The position numbers and the translations under genes were made by a program. Under the pieces are notes generated by a model. It ran no database searches and was not told the DNA's origin. It worked only from the letters and a program-made list of their open reading frames with translations. Shown in pieces: positions 37,567-48,291 of a DNA stretch of 64,000 nt; position 1 is the first letter of the stretch, and each line of letters starts with the position of its first letter. This stretch comes from Candidatus Gorgyraea atricola (GTDB lineage Bacteria > Omnitrophota > Gorgyraeia > Gorgyraeales > Gorgyraeaceae): the NCBI GenBank assembly GCA_030765235.1, contig JAVCCW010000025.1:240-64239 (forward strand), read 5' to 3'.

Positions 37567-38904
37567 ATGCAGAAGAAAATTAAAGACTTTATGGAGCTGG
37601 TTGTAAAGAAGAATCCTGGCGAGATAGAATTTCACCAGGCAGTGCAGGAAGTTGTAGAGTCAGTAATGCCATTTATTGAAAAAAATCCCAAGTATCGGGA
37701 TGCAAAGATACTCGAGAGGATCATTGAGCCAGAGAGAGTACTGATGTTCCGGGTACCATGGCAGGATGATAAGGGCGAGGTCCAGGTAAATAGAGGATTT
37801 CGCATAGAGATGAATAGTGCACTCGGCCCTTATAAAGGAGGCTTGAGGCTTCATCCGAGCGTATATATTGGGATCTTGAAGTTCCTGGCATTTGAGCAGG
37901 TGTTTAAGAACAGTTTGACCACGCTTCCTATGGGCGGCGGCAAAGGCGGTTCTGACTTTGACCCAAAGGGTAAGTCAGATAACGAGGTAATGAGATTCTG
38001 CCAGAGTTTTATGACAGAGCTGCAGCGCCATATCGGCCCAAACACAGATGTGCCAGCAGGAGATATAGGTGTAGGTGGTCGTGAGATAGGATTTATGTTC
38101 GGGCAGTACAAAAGGCTTCGCAATGAGTTTACAGGCATACTTACAGGCAAGGCCTTAAACTGGGGTGGAAGCTTGATAAGGCCAGAGGCAACGGGTTATG
38201 GCTGCGTATATTTTGCTGAAGAGATGTTAAAGACCAGGGGTGAATCTTTTAAAGGAAAGATCTGCGCTATTTCTGGTGCAGGCAATGTCGCGCAGTACAC
38301 TGTTGAAAAACTTCTCCAGCTAGGCGCAAAGTCAGTCACGCTCTCAGACTCCGGCGGGTACATCTATGATCCAGATGGAATAAGCGAGCAGAAGTTAGAG
38401 TTTGTGATGAAGCTAAAGAATGTACGTCGTGGCAGGATCAAGGAATACGCCGCGAAGTACAATTGTAAATATGTTGAAGGCAAGCGGCCGTGGGAAGTGA
38501 AGTGCGATTGCGCATTTCCGTCTGCTACGCAGAATGAAATACACGAGTCCGATGCTAAGCACCTTGTTAAAAATGGTTGCATGCTGGTTGCAGAGGGCGC
38601 GAACATGCCTACTGCGCCAGAAGCAATAAAGGTATTCCAGAAGGCAAAGATCCTGTATGGACCTGGCAAGGCATCAAATGCAGGAGGCGTTGCCACGAGT
38701 GGTTTAGAGATGTCGCAGAATAGCTTGAGGCTATCCTGGACAAGGGAAGAAGTGGACGGTAGACTGCATGATATAATGATCAAGATCCACGAAACTTGTG
38801 TTAAATACGGAAAACAAGGAAATGTTGTTGACTATGTAAAAGGCGCAAACCTTGGGGGTTTTGTAAAAGTAGCTGATGCAATGCTGGATCAGGGTTTGGT
38901 CTAA
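37567..38904 (+). CDS. gdhA: NADP-specific glutamate dehydrogenase
   Basis: GPYKGGLR, PMGGGKGGSDFDP, DVPAGDIGVG, RPEATGYG. Confidence 0.97.
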   Translation: MQKKIKDFMELVVKKNPGEIEFHQAVQEVVESVMPFIEKNPKYRDAKILERIIEPERVLMFRVPWQDDKGEVQVNRGFRIEMNSALGPYKGGLRLHPSVYIGILKFLAFEQVFKNSLTTLPMGGGKGGSDFDPKGKSDNEVMRFCQSFMTELQRHIGPNTDVPAGDIGVGGREIGFMFGQYKRLRNEFTGILTGKALNWGGSLIRPEATGYGCVYFAEEMLKTRGESFKGKICAISGAGNVAQYTVEKLLQLGAKSVTLSDSGGYIYDPDGISEQKLEFVMKLKNVRRGRIKEYAAKYNCKYVEGKRPWEVKCDCAFPSATQNEIHESDAKHLVKNGCMLVAEGANMPTAPEAIKVFQKAKILYGPGKASNAGGVATSGLEMSQNSLRLSWTREEVDGRLHDIMIKIHETCVKYGKQGNVVDYVKGANLGGFVKVADAMLDQGLV

Positions 38905-38952
38905 AACATTACACTAAAGTATAATGTATGTGCTTAATATGCGATTTGCAAT

Positions 38953-38989
38953 GGGGCGTTCTGAATAAGGGCGCCCCTTTCGCTTTTTT
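38953..38989 (+). terminator. Intrinsic terminator after gdhA
   Basis: GGGGCGTTCT-GAATA-AGGGCGCCCC then TTTCGCTTTTTT. Confidence 0.75.
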
Positions 38990-39047
38990 AGGCATTTACT
39001 CGGAACGTGCTTCGTGCTATAATGGGCCGTTAAAAAGGGGGTAAGTT

Positions 39048-42000
39048 GTGCCAAAGATCCAAGACATCAACAAGGTGCTGATTATAGGTTCTGGCCCGAT
39101 CGTGATAGGCCAGGCGTGCGAGTTTGACTATTCAGGGACACAGGCGTGCAAAGCATTGCGCGCTGCAGGATATAAGATCGTGCTTGTAAACTCTAACCCA
39201 GCTACAATTATGACAGATCCTGGAATGGCTGATGTCACCTATATAGAGCCGCTTAACGTTGAAAGAATTACCAGTATTATTGAAAAGGAAAGGCCAGACG
39301 CGCTTTTACCAAATCTTGGCGGGCAGACCGGGCTGAACCTATCCAGCGAGCTATCAAAAAAAGGCATTCTTAAGAAATTCGGCTGTAGGATCATAGGCGT
39401 GCAGCCAGATGCTATTGAGAGGGGCGAGGATAGGCTAGCATTTAAAGAGACAATGAAAAAGCTGGGCATCCCCATGCCAAAGAGTGAGCTTGCATATTCT
39501 GTTACAGAGGCTAAAAAAATTGCTCATAGTCTAGGTTATCCTATTATTATCAGGCCTGCATATACCATGGGCGGGACAGGTGGTGGAGCAGTATTTAATG
39601 ACGAAGAACTTGAGGTAATAGCTGCAAGAGGCATATCAGTGAGTCTCATTGGTCAGATCCTTGTTGAGGAGTCTGTTCTTGGCTGGGAAGAGTTAGAGCT
39701 TGAGGTAGTAAGGGATAGAGAGTCGAATAAGATCACAGTTTGTTTTATAGAAAATATTGACCCAATGGGCGTTCATACAGGAGATTCTTTTTGCTCTGCC
39801 CCTATGCTCACAGTGGAAAAAGAGATACAAAAGAAGCTTCAGGATTATTCCTATAAGATAGTTGATGCGATCGGCGTTATTGGCGGCACAAATGTTCAGT
39901 TTGCGCGAAAACCTAAAGACGATAGAGTGGTTGTAATAGAGATCAACCCAAGAACATCGCGTTCATCAGCCTTGGCAAGTAAGGCAACAGGTTTTCCGAT
40001 CGCGCTTGTATCATCCATGCTCGCAGGCGGGGATCTTTTAAGAGATATCCCTTACTGGCGCGACGGCACACTGGATAAATATACTCCTTCAGGAGATTAT
40101 GTGGTAATAAAATTTGCGCGCTGGGCGTTTGAAAAATTCAAGGGCATAAAAGACCAGCTTGGCACGCAGATGAGGGCTGTGGGCGAGGTAATGAGTATTG
40201 GCAAGACGTATAAAGAGGCATTTCAAAAGGCAATAAGGAGTCTTGAGAGAAAACGCTATGGTCTTGGTTTTGCTAAAAATTTCAACGAGCTTTCCCTGGA
40301 TGAATTAAGAAAGCTTCTTGCGTATCCCACGTCTGAAAGACAGTTTATTATGTATGAGGCGCTTAGAAAAGGCGCGAGCGTGGATGAGCTATATGATAAG
40401 ACATGCATACATAGATATTTTATCACGCAGATGAAAGAGCTTGTGGAGTTAGAAGAAGAGATTCTGAAATATAAAAGTAAGAAGCTCCCGGATGATATGC
40501 TCATAAAGGCAAAGGAAGATGGTTTTTCAGATAAATACCTGAGCCAGATTTTAGGTGTTAGTGAGAAAGAGATTCGCGAGAGACGTCTTAAGCTTGGCAA
40601 GACAGAGGCATGGCATGCGGTTCCTGTGAGCGGCGCAGAAAATGCAGCTTATTATTATTCGACTTACAGGGCGCCGGATAAGGTCAGTGTATCGTCTAAT
40701 AAAAAGATAATGATACTCGGTGGCGGGCCAAATAGGATCGGCCAGGGGATAGAGTTTGATTATTGCTGCTGTCATGCTGCATTTGCGCTCAGGGATCTGG
40801 GCTACGAGAGCATAATGGTCAATTGTAACCCTGAGACAGTTTCAACAGACTATGATACATCCGATAAACTTTATTTTGAGCCTTTGACTGTCGAAGATGT
40901 ATTGAGTATTTACAATAAAGAGAAGCCAGAAGGTGTGATCGTGCAGTTCGGCGGACAGACACCTCTTAATATTGCAAAAGAATTAGAGGATGCAGGTGTA
41001 AAAATACTTGGCACCTCTGTTGAAAGCATTGATCTTGCAGAGGATAGAGAGAATTTTGCTAAGGTAATGAAGAAGATGGATATTCCACAGCCAGAGAGTG
41101 GCATGGCGAGTACGCTCGAGCAGGCTTTGAAGATTGCAGAGAGAATTGGATACCCGCTTGTTGTAAGGCCTTCATATGTCTTGGGTGGAAGAGGCATGGA
41201 GATTGTCTATGATGAGGAGATGCTAAGAGATTATGTAAAGGCAGCAGTTGATGTATCTCCTGACAGGCCGATTCTCATAGATAAGTTCTTAGAAGATGCT
41301 GTAGAGGTAGAGGCAGATGCTATTTCAGACGGAGAGGATGTGTATATTCCGTCGATTATGGAGCACATAGAAGAGGCAGGCATACATTCTGGAGACTCAG
41401 CCTGCGTTATTCCTCCAAAGACAATACCTAAAAAACACATAGATACTATCTCTAGCTACACGCAAAAGATCGCGCAAAAGTTAAAGGTCGTGGGCCTTAT
41501 GAATATACAATATGCGATTGCAAAGGATAAGGTCTATGTCCTGGAGGCAAATCCCAGGGCGTCAAGGACTGTTCCTATAGTATCAAAAGTAGCTGGTATT
41601 TCCATGGCGAGGATAGCGACAGAGGTTATGCTTGGCAAGAAAATAAAGGACATGAATCTTAAGCCAAAGAAATACAAGCACTATGGCGTAAAAGAGGCTG
41701 TGTTCCCATTTTACATGTTTCAGGAAGTGGATCCCGTACTGGGTCCTGAGATGCGTTCTACAGGAGAGGTCATGGGCCTTGCTGATTCAGCAGGACTGGC
41801 GTATTTCAAAGCGCAAGAGGCAGCTGGCTTAAGACTTCCTACAGAAGGCACAGTACTTGTGACAGTCGCTGATAAGGATAAGAAGAAAAACATTGCTACG
41901 GCAGTAAAAAAACTAAAGGAACTTGGCCTTAAAGTAGTGACAACAGAAGGCACAAAGAAATTTTTGGCCAAACACGGTATTGAAGCAGAACTTATTAAAA

Positions 42001-42251
42001 AGACACATGAGGGAAGACCGAATATCATAGATGCTATTAACAATAAAGAGATAAAGCTTATTATCAATACGCCTGCTGGAAAGACCGCGGCATATGATGA
42101 TTCGTATATTCGTAAGAATGCGATCAAGCATAAGATCCCGTATATCACGACACCAGCGGCAGCTGTTGCAGTAGCGGATGGCATAAAGTCTTATCTTGAG
42201 AACAAGGGCGATGTAAAATCGCTGCAGCAATATCATTCGGAAATAACATAA
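39048..42251 (+). CDS. carB: Carbamoyl-phosphate synthase large subunit
   Basis: GSGPIVIGQACEFDYSG, two ATP-grasp halves, MGS-like C-terminal domain. Confidence 0.98.
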   Translation: MPKIQDINKVLIIGSGPIVIGQACEFDYSGTQACKALRAAGYKIVLVNSNPATIMTDPGMADVTYIEPLNVERITSIIEKERPDALLPNLGGQTGLNLSSELSKKGILKKFGCRIIGVQPDAIERGEDRLAFKETMKKLGIPMPKSELAYSVTEAKKIAHSLGYPIIIRPAYTMGGTGGGAVFNDEELEVIAARGISVSLIGQILVEESVLGWEELELEVVRDRESNKITVCFIENIDPMGVHTGDSFCSAPMLTVEKEIQKKLQDYSYKIVDAIGVIGGTNVQFARKPKDDRVVVIEINPRTSRSSALASKATGFPIALVSSMLAGGDLLRDIPYWRDGTLDKYTPSGDYVVIKFARWAFEKFKGIKDQLGTQMRAVGEVMSIGKTYKEAFQKAIRSLERKRYGLGFAKNFNELSLDELRKLLAYPTSERQFIMYEALRKGASVDELYDKTCIHRYFITQMKELVELEEEILKYKSKKLPDDMLIKAKEDGFSDKYLSQILGVSEKEIRERRLKLGKTEAWHAVPVSGAENAAYYYSTYRAPDKVSVSSNKKIMILGGGPNRIGQGIEFDYCCCHAAFALRDLGYESIMVNCNPETVSTDYDTSDKLYFEPLTVEDVLSIYNKEKPEGVIVQFGGQTPLNIAKELEDAGVKILGTSVESIDLAEDRENFAKVMKKMDIPQPESGMASTLEQALKIAERIGYPLVVRPSYVLGGRGMEIVYDEEMLRDYVKAAVDVSPDRPILIDKFLEDAVEVEADAISDGEDVYIPSIMEHIEEAGIHSGDSACVIPPKTIPKKHIDTISSYTQKIAQKLKVVGLMNIQYAIAKDKVYVLEANPRASRTVPIVSKVAGISMARIATEVMLGKKIKDMNLKPKKYKHYGVKEAVFPFYMFQEVDPVLGPEMRSTGEVMGLADSAGLAYFKAQEAAGLRLPTEGTVLVTVADKDKKKNIATAVKKLKELGLKVVTTEGTKKFLAKHGIEAELIKKTHEGRPNIIDAINNKEIKLIINTPAGKTAAYDDSYIRKNAIKHKIPYITTPAAAVAVADGIKSYLENKGDVKSLQQYHSEIT

Positions 42252-42252
42252 T

Positions 42253-43788
42253 ATGTTCAAACGCGTCGTTACAAAAAAAATAAGTTTTGACAACGAAAAA
42301 TACCTCTCAGAGCAGACCAAGGAGATCCTCTCCAGGGTCAAAAAATTCGACAACAAGCTCTATCTGGAATTCGGAGGTAAGATATGTTTTGATTACCATG
42401 CCGCAAGGGTGTTGCCGGGCTATGACCCGAATGTCAAGATGCGACTTCTTGAAAAGCTTAAAGATTATACTGAGATAATTGTAAGCGTGTATGCAAAAGA
42501 TATTGAACAGGGTCGAGTGAGAGGAGATTACGGCATAACATATGACCTTGCTACATTAAAGTTAATAGATGATCTGAGGGCGTGGAACCTTAATGTTACA
42601 TCTGTTATACTCACGAGGTTTAATAACGAGCCAGCCGCAGTTAAGTTTAAACGCAGACTTGAAAAGTTAGGGCTTAAGGTCTATAAGCATGTAGAGATAA
42701 AAGGCTATCCGCATGACATTGAAACAATAGTAAGCGCTGGCGGTTATGGGAAAAATGATTATATCGAGACAAAAAAACCTATAGTTGTCATGACTGCGCC
42801 TGGTCCAGGAAGCGGGAAGCTCGCCACATGTCTTTCTCAGCTTTATCATGATCACGTAAAGGGAATAAATTCAGGCTACGCAAAGTTCGAGACATTCCCC
42901 ATATGGAACCTGACGCTTAATCATCCTGTGAACATTGCTTATGAAGCCGCAACAGTTGATCTGGCTGATTTTAATCTGATCGACCCATTTCATCTCGAAA
43001 GATACAAAGAGGAAACAATAAATTATAACCGCGATGTCGACGCATTCCCCATATTAAGGAATATTATCCATAAGATCACAGGCTCCAGCGACAGTTATTA
43101 TAATTCACCGACAGATATGGGTGTTAATAGGGCTGGTTTTGGCATAATAGATGATGAAGGCACTCGTGTGGCTGCAAAAGAAGAGATAATCCGAAGATAC
43201 TTTCGCCATAATCTGGAATTTGCAATTGGTACCGGCACCAAAGAAGAGGTTGAGCGCTCAGTTGCGATCATGGATAAGGCAGGTGTTAAAGTTGAAGATA
43301 GATCTGTAGTTCTTCCTGCCAGAAAATCAGCAGAGGATTGCAGAAAAAAGGGCAAGGGCAATAAAGGCTATTACTGCGGCGCTGCGATCGAGCTCAGCGA
43401 CGGTAAGATCGTGACGGGTAAGAATTCTCCTGTTATGCATGCGGCATCCGCAGCTATTATAAATGCGATAAAACATCTTGCAGGTATTGGCGATAAAGTA
43501 CATATACTCAAGCCAGAGGTCATGAGCGATCTATCTAAATTGAAAAAAGATATATTAAGAATGAGTTCAGAAAGTTTAACCCTGGATGAAATATTAGTAG
43601 CGTTATCTATAAGCGCACATACAGATAAAAACGCAAAAAAAGCCCTGTCCATGCTCAAAGACTTGAGTGGATGCGAACTTCACAATACGCACCTTCCTAC
43701 GCCCGGAGATGAAGCAGGACTCAGGAGACTTGGCATAAATTTCACAACAGACGCAATTCCATCGTCGAGCTTGTTTTTTAATTACTAA
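42253..43788 (+). CDS. DUF1846 family protein
   Basis: LYLEFGGK..DYHAARVLPG, TAPGPGSGKLATCLSQLYH, AKFETFPIWNL, SPTDMGVN. Confidence 0.9.
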   Translation: MFKRVVTKKISFDNEKYLSEQTKEILSRVKKFDNKLYLEFGGKICFDYHAARVLPGYDPNVKMRLLEKLKDYTEIIVSVYAKDIEQGRVRGDYGITYDLATLKLIDDLRAWNLNVTSVILTRFNNEPAAVKFKRRLEKLGLKVYKHVEIKGYPHDIETIVSAGGYGKNDYIETKKPIVVMTAPGPGSGKLATCLSQLYHDHVKGINSGYAKFETFPIWNLTLNHPVNIAYEAATVDLADFNLIDPFHLERYKEETINYNRDVDAFPILRNIIHKITGSSDSYYNSPTDMGVNRAGFGIIDDEGTRVAAKEEIIRRYFRHNLEFAIGTGTKEEVERSVAIMDKAGVKVEDRSVVLPARKSAEDCRKKGKGNKGYYCGAAIELSDGKIVTGKNSPVMHAASAAIINAIKHLAGIGDKVHILKPEVMSDLSKLKKDILRMSSESLTLDEILVALSISAHTDKNAKKALSMLKDLSGCELHNTHLPTPGDEAGLRRLGINFTTDAIPSSSLFFNY

Positions 43789-43803
43789 CCAGGAGGCTTA
43801 CAC

Positions 43804-45222
43804 ATGAGTGGCATATTTGGAGTAGCAGCAGAGAAGAATTGTACATTGGATCTATTTTATGGGGTTGACTATCATACTCACCTGGGCACAGAGTACGGCG
43901 GAATAGCTGTATCGACAGACAAGAGGATCTACAGGCAGATCCATGACATATCTCAGAGCCAGTTTAAATCCAAGTTTTACGAAGACTATAAAAAATTCGG
44001 AGGAAAGTATGGCATTGGCGTAATAAGCGATTCTGACGCGCAGCCCATGTTTTTAAATGCCAAATTCGGATCGTTTGCAATATGCATGACAGGTCTTATA
44101 GAAAATACAGGACAGCTTATAAAGGAGCTGCACAAAAGAGGCCATTCTTTTAGCGAGACAGAAGGCGGGTCTTCAAATAGCGTCGAGGTGGTGGCAAAAC
44201 TCATAAGCGAGGGAGAAGATTTTGTAAGTGGTATTGAGAATATGTCTAGCAAGATCATAGGTTCTGCCAGCGTACTTTTACTTTGTAAAGACGGTATATA
44301 TGCGGCAAGAGACAGATTTGGGTATACGCCACTTGTTGTAGGAAAAAGAGGAAATGATTTTGCTGTTTGTTCAGAGTCATGCGCTTTTCCTAACACGGAT
44401 TTCAAGATCCAGAAATTTCTTTCACCTGGCGAGATAGTTTTAGTGAATGATAAGGGCGTGAAACAGGTAAGAGGCCCGAAAGACGTAAATCAGATATGCT
44501 CATTTTTATGGATATATACGGGATTTCCAGCCTCTACTTATGAAGGCGTAGGTGTTGAGACAGTAAGGGAAAGATGTGGCAGGACTTTAGCAAAGCGTGA
44601 CAAGGATATAGAAGTGGATGTTATTTCCGGCATTCCAGATTCAGGCGTTGCGCATGCGATCGGCTATAGCATGGAGTCGAAAAAACCATATAGGCGGCCA
44701 CTTGTAAAATACACGCCTGGGTACGGTAGAAGCTATACCCCGCCTGTCCAGGAGATAAGGGACCGTGTGGCAAAGATGAAGCTTATACCTGTAAAGGATG
44801 TCATAAATGGGAATAGAATCATTGTGTGCGACGATTCTATTGTAAGAGGGACACAACTTAAGAACTTTGCTATTAATAAGCTCTGGGACAATGGCGCAAA
44901 AGAGATACACGCAAGGCCAGCATGTCCGCCACTGATGTTTCCGTGCAAATTCTGTTTATCCACAAGATCTATCAGTGAGCTCGCAGCGCGCCGAGCAATA
45001 AGGAATATAGAGGGTAAAGATATCGACGATGTCTCGAAATATACAGACGACACCACCCCAGAATACAAGAAGATGATCAAGTGGATTGAAAAAGATATTG
45101 GCGTTACCACACTCCGCTATCAGAGGCTTGATGATATGATAAAAGCAATAGGCCTTCCTCGCGAAAAACTTTGCACCTATTGCTGGAATGGCGAGTGCCG
45201 AGCCAAAGGCAATCTCATTTGA
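43804..45222 (+). CDS. purF: Amidophosphoribosyltransferase-like protein lacking the N-terminal catalytic Cys
   Basis: PRPP motif CDDSIVRGTQ, GIPDSG, CTYCW retained. N-terminus is MSGIFG rather than CGxxG. Confidence 0.85.
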   Translation: MSGIFGVAAEKNCTLDLFYGVDYHTHLGTEYGGIAVSTDKRIYRQIHDISQSQFKSKFYEDYKKFGGKYGIGVISDSDAQPMFLNAKFGSFAICMTGLIENTGQLIKELHKRGHSFSETEGGSSNSVEVVAKLISEGEDFVSGIENMSSKIIGSASVLLLCKDGIYAARDRFGYTPLVVGKRGNDFAVCSESCAFPNTDFKIQKFLSPGEIVLVNDKGVKQVRGPKDVNQICSFLWIYTGFPASTYEGVGVETVRERCGRTLAKRDKDIEVDVISGIPDSGVAHAIGYSMESKKPYRRPLVKYTPGYGRSYTPPVQEIRDRVAKMKLIPVKDVINGNRIIVCDDSIVRGTQLKNFAINKLWDNGAKEIHARPACPPLMFPCKFCLSTRSISELAARRAIRNIEGKDIDDVSKYTDDTTPEYKKMIKWIEKDIGVTTLRYQRLDDMIKAIGLPREKLCTYCWNGECRAKGNLI

Positions 45223-45248
45223 GATCCTTCAGCCCTTTGGGCTTCAGG

Positions 45249-46505
45249 ATGAGCTCTCGGATAAGAATAGAGAAAAAGACTTCCCGAGAGCTCAGTAAAA
45301 TCGTTGTTGTTGGCGGTGGGCCCAGCGCTATGATGGCTGCGATACGCTCTAGCCAGCTAGGCCAGTCCGTAACCCTCCTGGAAAAAAATCCTACTTTAGG
45401 TAAAAAACTTCTCTTAAGCGGCAAAGGCCGTTGTAATCTTACCAATGCGTGTAGTCTGGAAGAATTTCTTGAGAGATTCTCAAAAAGCGGGCCATTCTTA
45501 AGAGATGCTTTTAAGATTTTCTTTAATCAAGAGCTAATGGATTTTTTTGAGGTGAGAGGATTAAAGCTCAAGATAGAGCGGCAAAAAAGGGTCTTTCCTG
45601 TAACTGATGAAGCGGACAGTATCCTTCGAGTGTTAAAGAAAGAACTCTTAGAGAATAAAATTAAGATTATTTATAATACCGCTGTTAATGATATTGTGAT
45701 AAAGAGTGACAAATTTTTGGTTAATTCGATCCTGGCTGATAAGGTAATCCTGGCAACAGGCGGTATCTCTTATGGTTTTACTGGCTCAACAGGCCAAGGC
45801 ATGAAAATAGCTAAAGCGCTAGGCCATCGCATAACTCCTTTAAGGCCAGGTCTTGTGGCATTAGATATAAAAAAGAATTATTCTAAATTCTTGGAGGGTC
45901 TGACATTAAAAAATATACGCCTTCGATTTACCGACGGGAAAAAAGAGATTCTCTCGGATATAGGAGAATTACTTTTTACTAAGACCGGGATCTCAGGTCC
46001 GCTTGTTTTGTCTTTGAGCGGGAAAATAGTGGATTGGCTGGACAAAAAGGGCAGGGTCTATCTCGAAATAGATCTTAAACCTGCGCTATCCCTCGAAAAA
46101 TTAGAAACCAGGCTATTAAGGGAATTCAAGGAGAGCCCCAAAAAGGCTCTCAAAAATACACTTAAAAGTCTTTTGCCTATGAGATTAATCGATGTGTTTT
46201 TGGATATTGCTGGGCTCTTGCCTGATAAAAAAGTTAACCAGGTTACGCAGGATGAGCGAAAAAGAATCGCCATGTTATTAAAGGCCCTGCGCTTTGAGAT
46301 CAAAGGGTCACGCCCCATAAAAGAGGCAATGGTCACACGTGGAGGCGTATCTTTAAAGGACATTGACCCGCGCACTATGCAGTCCCGCATCATTAAGGGC
46401 CTATACTTTGCCGGTGAGATCATAGACATAGACGCAGACACAGGCGGCTTTAACCTACAAGCAGCATTCTCCACAGGCTACCTAGCTGGTCAAACCCTTC
46501 CTTGA
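45249..46505 (+). CDS. HI0933/BaiN family flavoprotein
   Basis: [48 protein letters not shown]. Start moved to ATG 45249. Confidence 0.93.
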   Translation: MSSRIRIEKKTSRELSKIVVVGGGPSAMMAAIRSSQLGQSVTLLEKNPTLGKKLLLSGKGRCNLTNACSLEEFLERFSKSGPFLRDAFKIFFNQELMDFFEVRGLKLKIERQKRVFPVTDEADSILRVLKKELLENKIKIIYNTAVNDIVIKSDKFLVNSILADKVILATGGISYGFTGSTGQGMKIAKALGHRITPLRPGLVALDIKKNYSKFLEGLTLKNIRLRFTDGKKEILSDIGELLFTKTGISGPLVLSLSGKIVDWLDKKGRVYLEIDLKPALSLEKLETRLLREFKESPKKALKNTLKSLLPMRLIDVFLDIAGLLPDKKVNQVTQDERKRIAMLLKALRFEIKGSRPIKEAMVTRGGVSLKDIDPRTMQSRIIKGLYFAGEIIDIDADTGGFNLQAAFSTGYLAGQTLP

Positions 46506-46539
46506 AAACAAGAAGCATATCTGTTATCATATTATTCCT

Positions 46540-48291
46540 ATGAAAAATACGTACGATGTTATAGTTATAGGTGCAGGGCATGCTGGGGTGGAGGCGGCTC
46601 TTGTAGCTAACAGGATGAAGGTTAAGACTCTGCTTATTACTATGGATGTGGATAAGATAGGGTATATGTCTTGCAATCCTGCTATTGGTGGCATTGGTAA
46701 GGGCCAGCTGGTAAAGGAGCTGGATGCGTTGGGTGGGGAGATGGCTAAGGCAACGGATTTTAGCGCTATACAGTTTCGTATGCTGAATAAGAAAAAAGGA
46801 CCTGCTGTTTGGTCATCAAGGGCACAGGTGGATCGATCTCTTTATTTAAAGTACATGAAAGATGCAGTAAAAAATATAGATGTTTTAGAAGGCTGCGTGA
46901 CAACTCTTATTATAAAGAATAAAATCGCATGCGGGGTAAAACTTAAAGACGGAAGTTTTATAAAAACCAAGGCAGTTATTCTTACGCCAGGTACATTCTT
47001 AAACGGCGTTATTCACATTGGCCTTGAGCATTTTTCAGGCGGTAGGTTAGGCGATCCAGCGTCTCTGAGCCTTTCAGATAATCTAAGGTCATTAGGTTTT
47101 GATGTATTGCGGCTTAAAACAGGAACCACTGCTCGCTTAGATACAAAGACCATAAAATTTTCTAAAATGAAGAAGCAGCTTGGCGATAATCCTCCAGTCC
47201 CGTTTTCATTCTCAACAAAGAAGATCTCCAGAAAACAACTCCCGTGCTACATTACATATACAAATAAAAAAACGCATGAGATCATCCGCAAAGGCTTGGA
47301 TCGCTCGCCGCTTTATACCGGGAAGATTAAATCCACTGGCGCTAGATATTGTCCGTCAATAGAAGATAAGATAGTACGGTTTAGCGATAGAGATAGACAC
47401 CAGGTATTCCTGGAGCCAGAAGGATTAAAAAAAGATCAGTATTATCCTAATGGAATATCTACGAGCCTGCCACAGGATATACAGCTAAAGATGATTCGGT
47501 CTATCCCTGGGCTTGAAAAGGCAGAAATAAATATACCTGGCTATGGCATAGAATATGATTTTGTAAATCCTACACAGCTAAAGTCAACGCTTGAGACAAA
47601 ACTCATTGAAAATCTTTATCACGCAGGCCAGATCAATGGCACTACTGGTTATGAAGAGGCAGCGGCGCAGGGTTTTATGGCAGGTGTAAACGCGGTGCTT
47701 AAAATAAGAAAAAAAGCACCTTTTATCTTAGATCGTTCACAGGCATATATAGGTGTCCTTATAGATGACCTTGTGACAAGAGGCACGCAGGAACCTTACA
47801 GGATGTTTACATCGCGCGTTGAGCATCGACTTGTCTTAAGGGAAGACAATGCTGATCTAAGGCTGAGTGGAATAGGGCATAATCTAGGCCTTGTGAGTAA
47901 AAAGGACTACGAAAAAGTAGTCTCCAAGAAGATAAATATATCCAATGAGCTTAAAAGGATAAAAAACACAAGAGGTTACTTGCGTACTAGAGGCCTTTCT
48001 AATGAAGAAATGAAGCAAGTAGAGATAGAAGTAAAATATAAAGGTTTTATTGACAGGCAGGCAAAGGAGATCGAGAAGTTTAAGCAAATAGAAAAGATAA
48101 ACATACCAAATAGCTTTAAGTATAAAGGTATACCAGGCCTATCAAAAGAGATCATTGAAAAACTTACCATGGCCAGGCCAATAAATCTTGGCCAGGCCTC
48201 AAGGATCTCAGGCATAACTCCTGTTGCAATCTCAGTTCTAATGGTGTATCTTAAAAGATACAAAGAAACCCTATGCAAAAAGAAACAGTAG
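46540..48291 (+). CDS. mnmG: tRNA uridine-5-carboxymethylaminomethyl modification enzyme
   Basis: [44 protein letters not shown]. Confidence 0.97.
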   Translation: MKNTYDVIVIGAGHAGVEAALVANRMKVKTLLITMDVDKIGYMSCNPAIGGIGKGQLVKELDALGGEMAKATDFSAIQFRMLNKKKGPAVWSSRAQVDRSLYLKYMKDAVKNIDVLEGCVTTLIIKNKIACGVKLKDGSFIKTKAVILTPGTFLNGVIHIGLEHFSGGRLGDPASLSLSDNLRSLGFDVLRLKTGTTARLDTKTIKFSKMKKQLGDNPPVPFSFSTKKISRKQLPCYITYTNKKTHEIIRKGLDRSPLYTGKIKSTGARYCPSIEDKIVRFSDRDRHQVFLEPEGLKKDQYYPNGISTSLPQDIQLKMIRSIPGLEKAEINIPGYGIEYDFVNPTQLKSTLETKLIENLYHAGQINGTTGYEEAAAQGFMAGVNAVLKIRKKAPFILDRSQAYIGVLIDDLVTRGTQEPYRMFTSRVEHRLVLREDNADLRLSGIGHNLGLVSKKDYEKVVSKKINISNELKRIKNTRGYLRTRGLSNEEMKQVEIEVKYKGFIDRQAKEIEKFKQIEKINIPNSFKYKGIPGLSKEIIEKLTMARPINLGQASRISGITPVAISVLMVYLKRYKETLCKKKQ

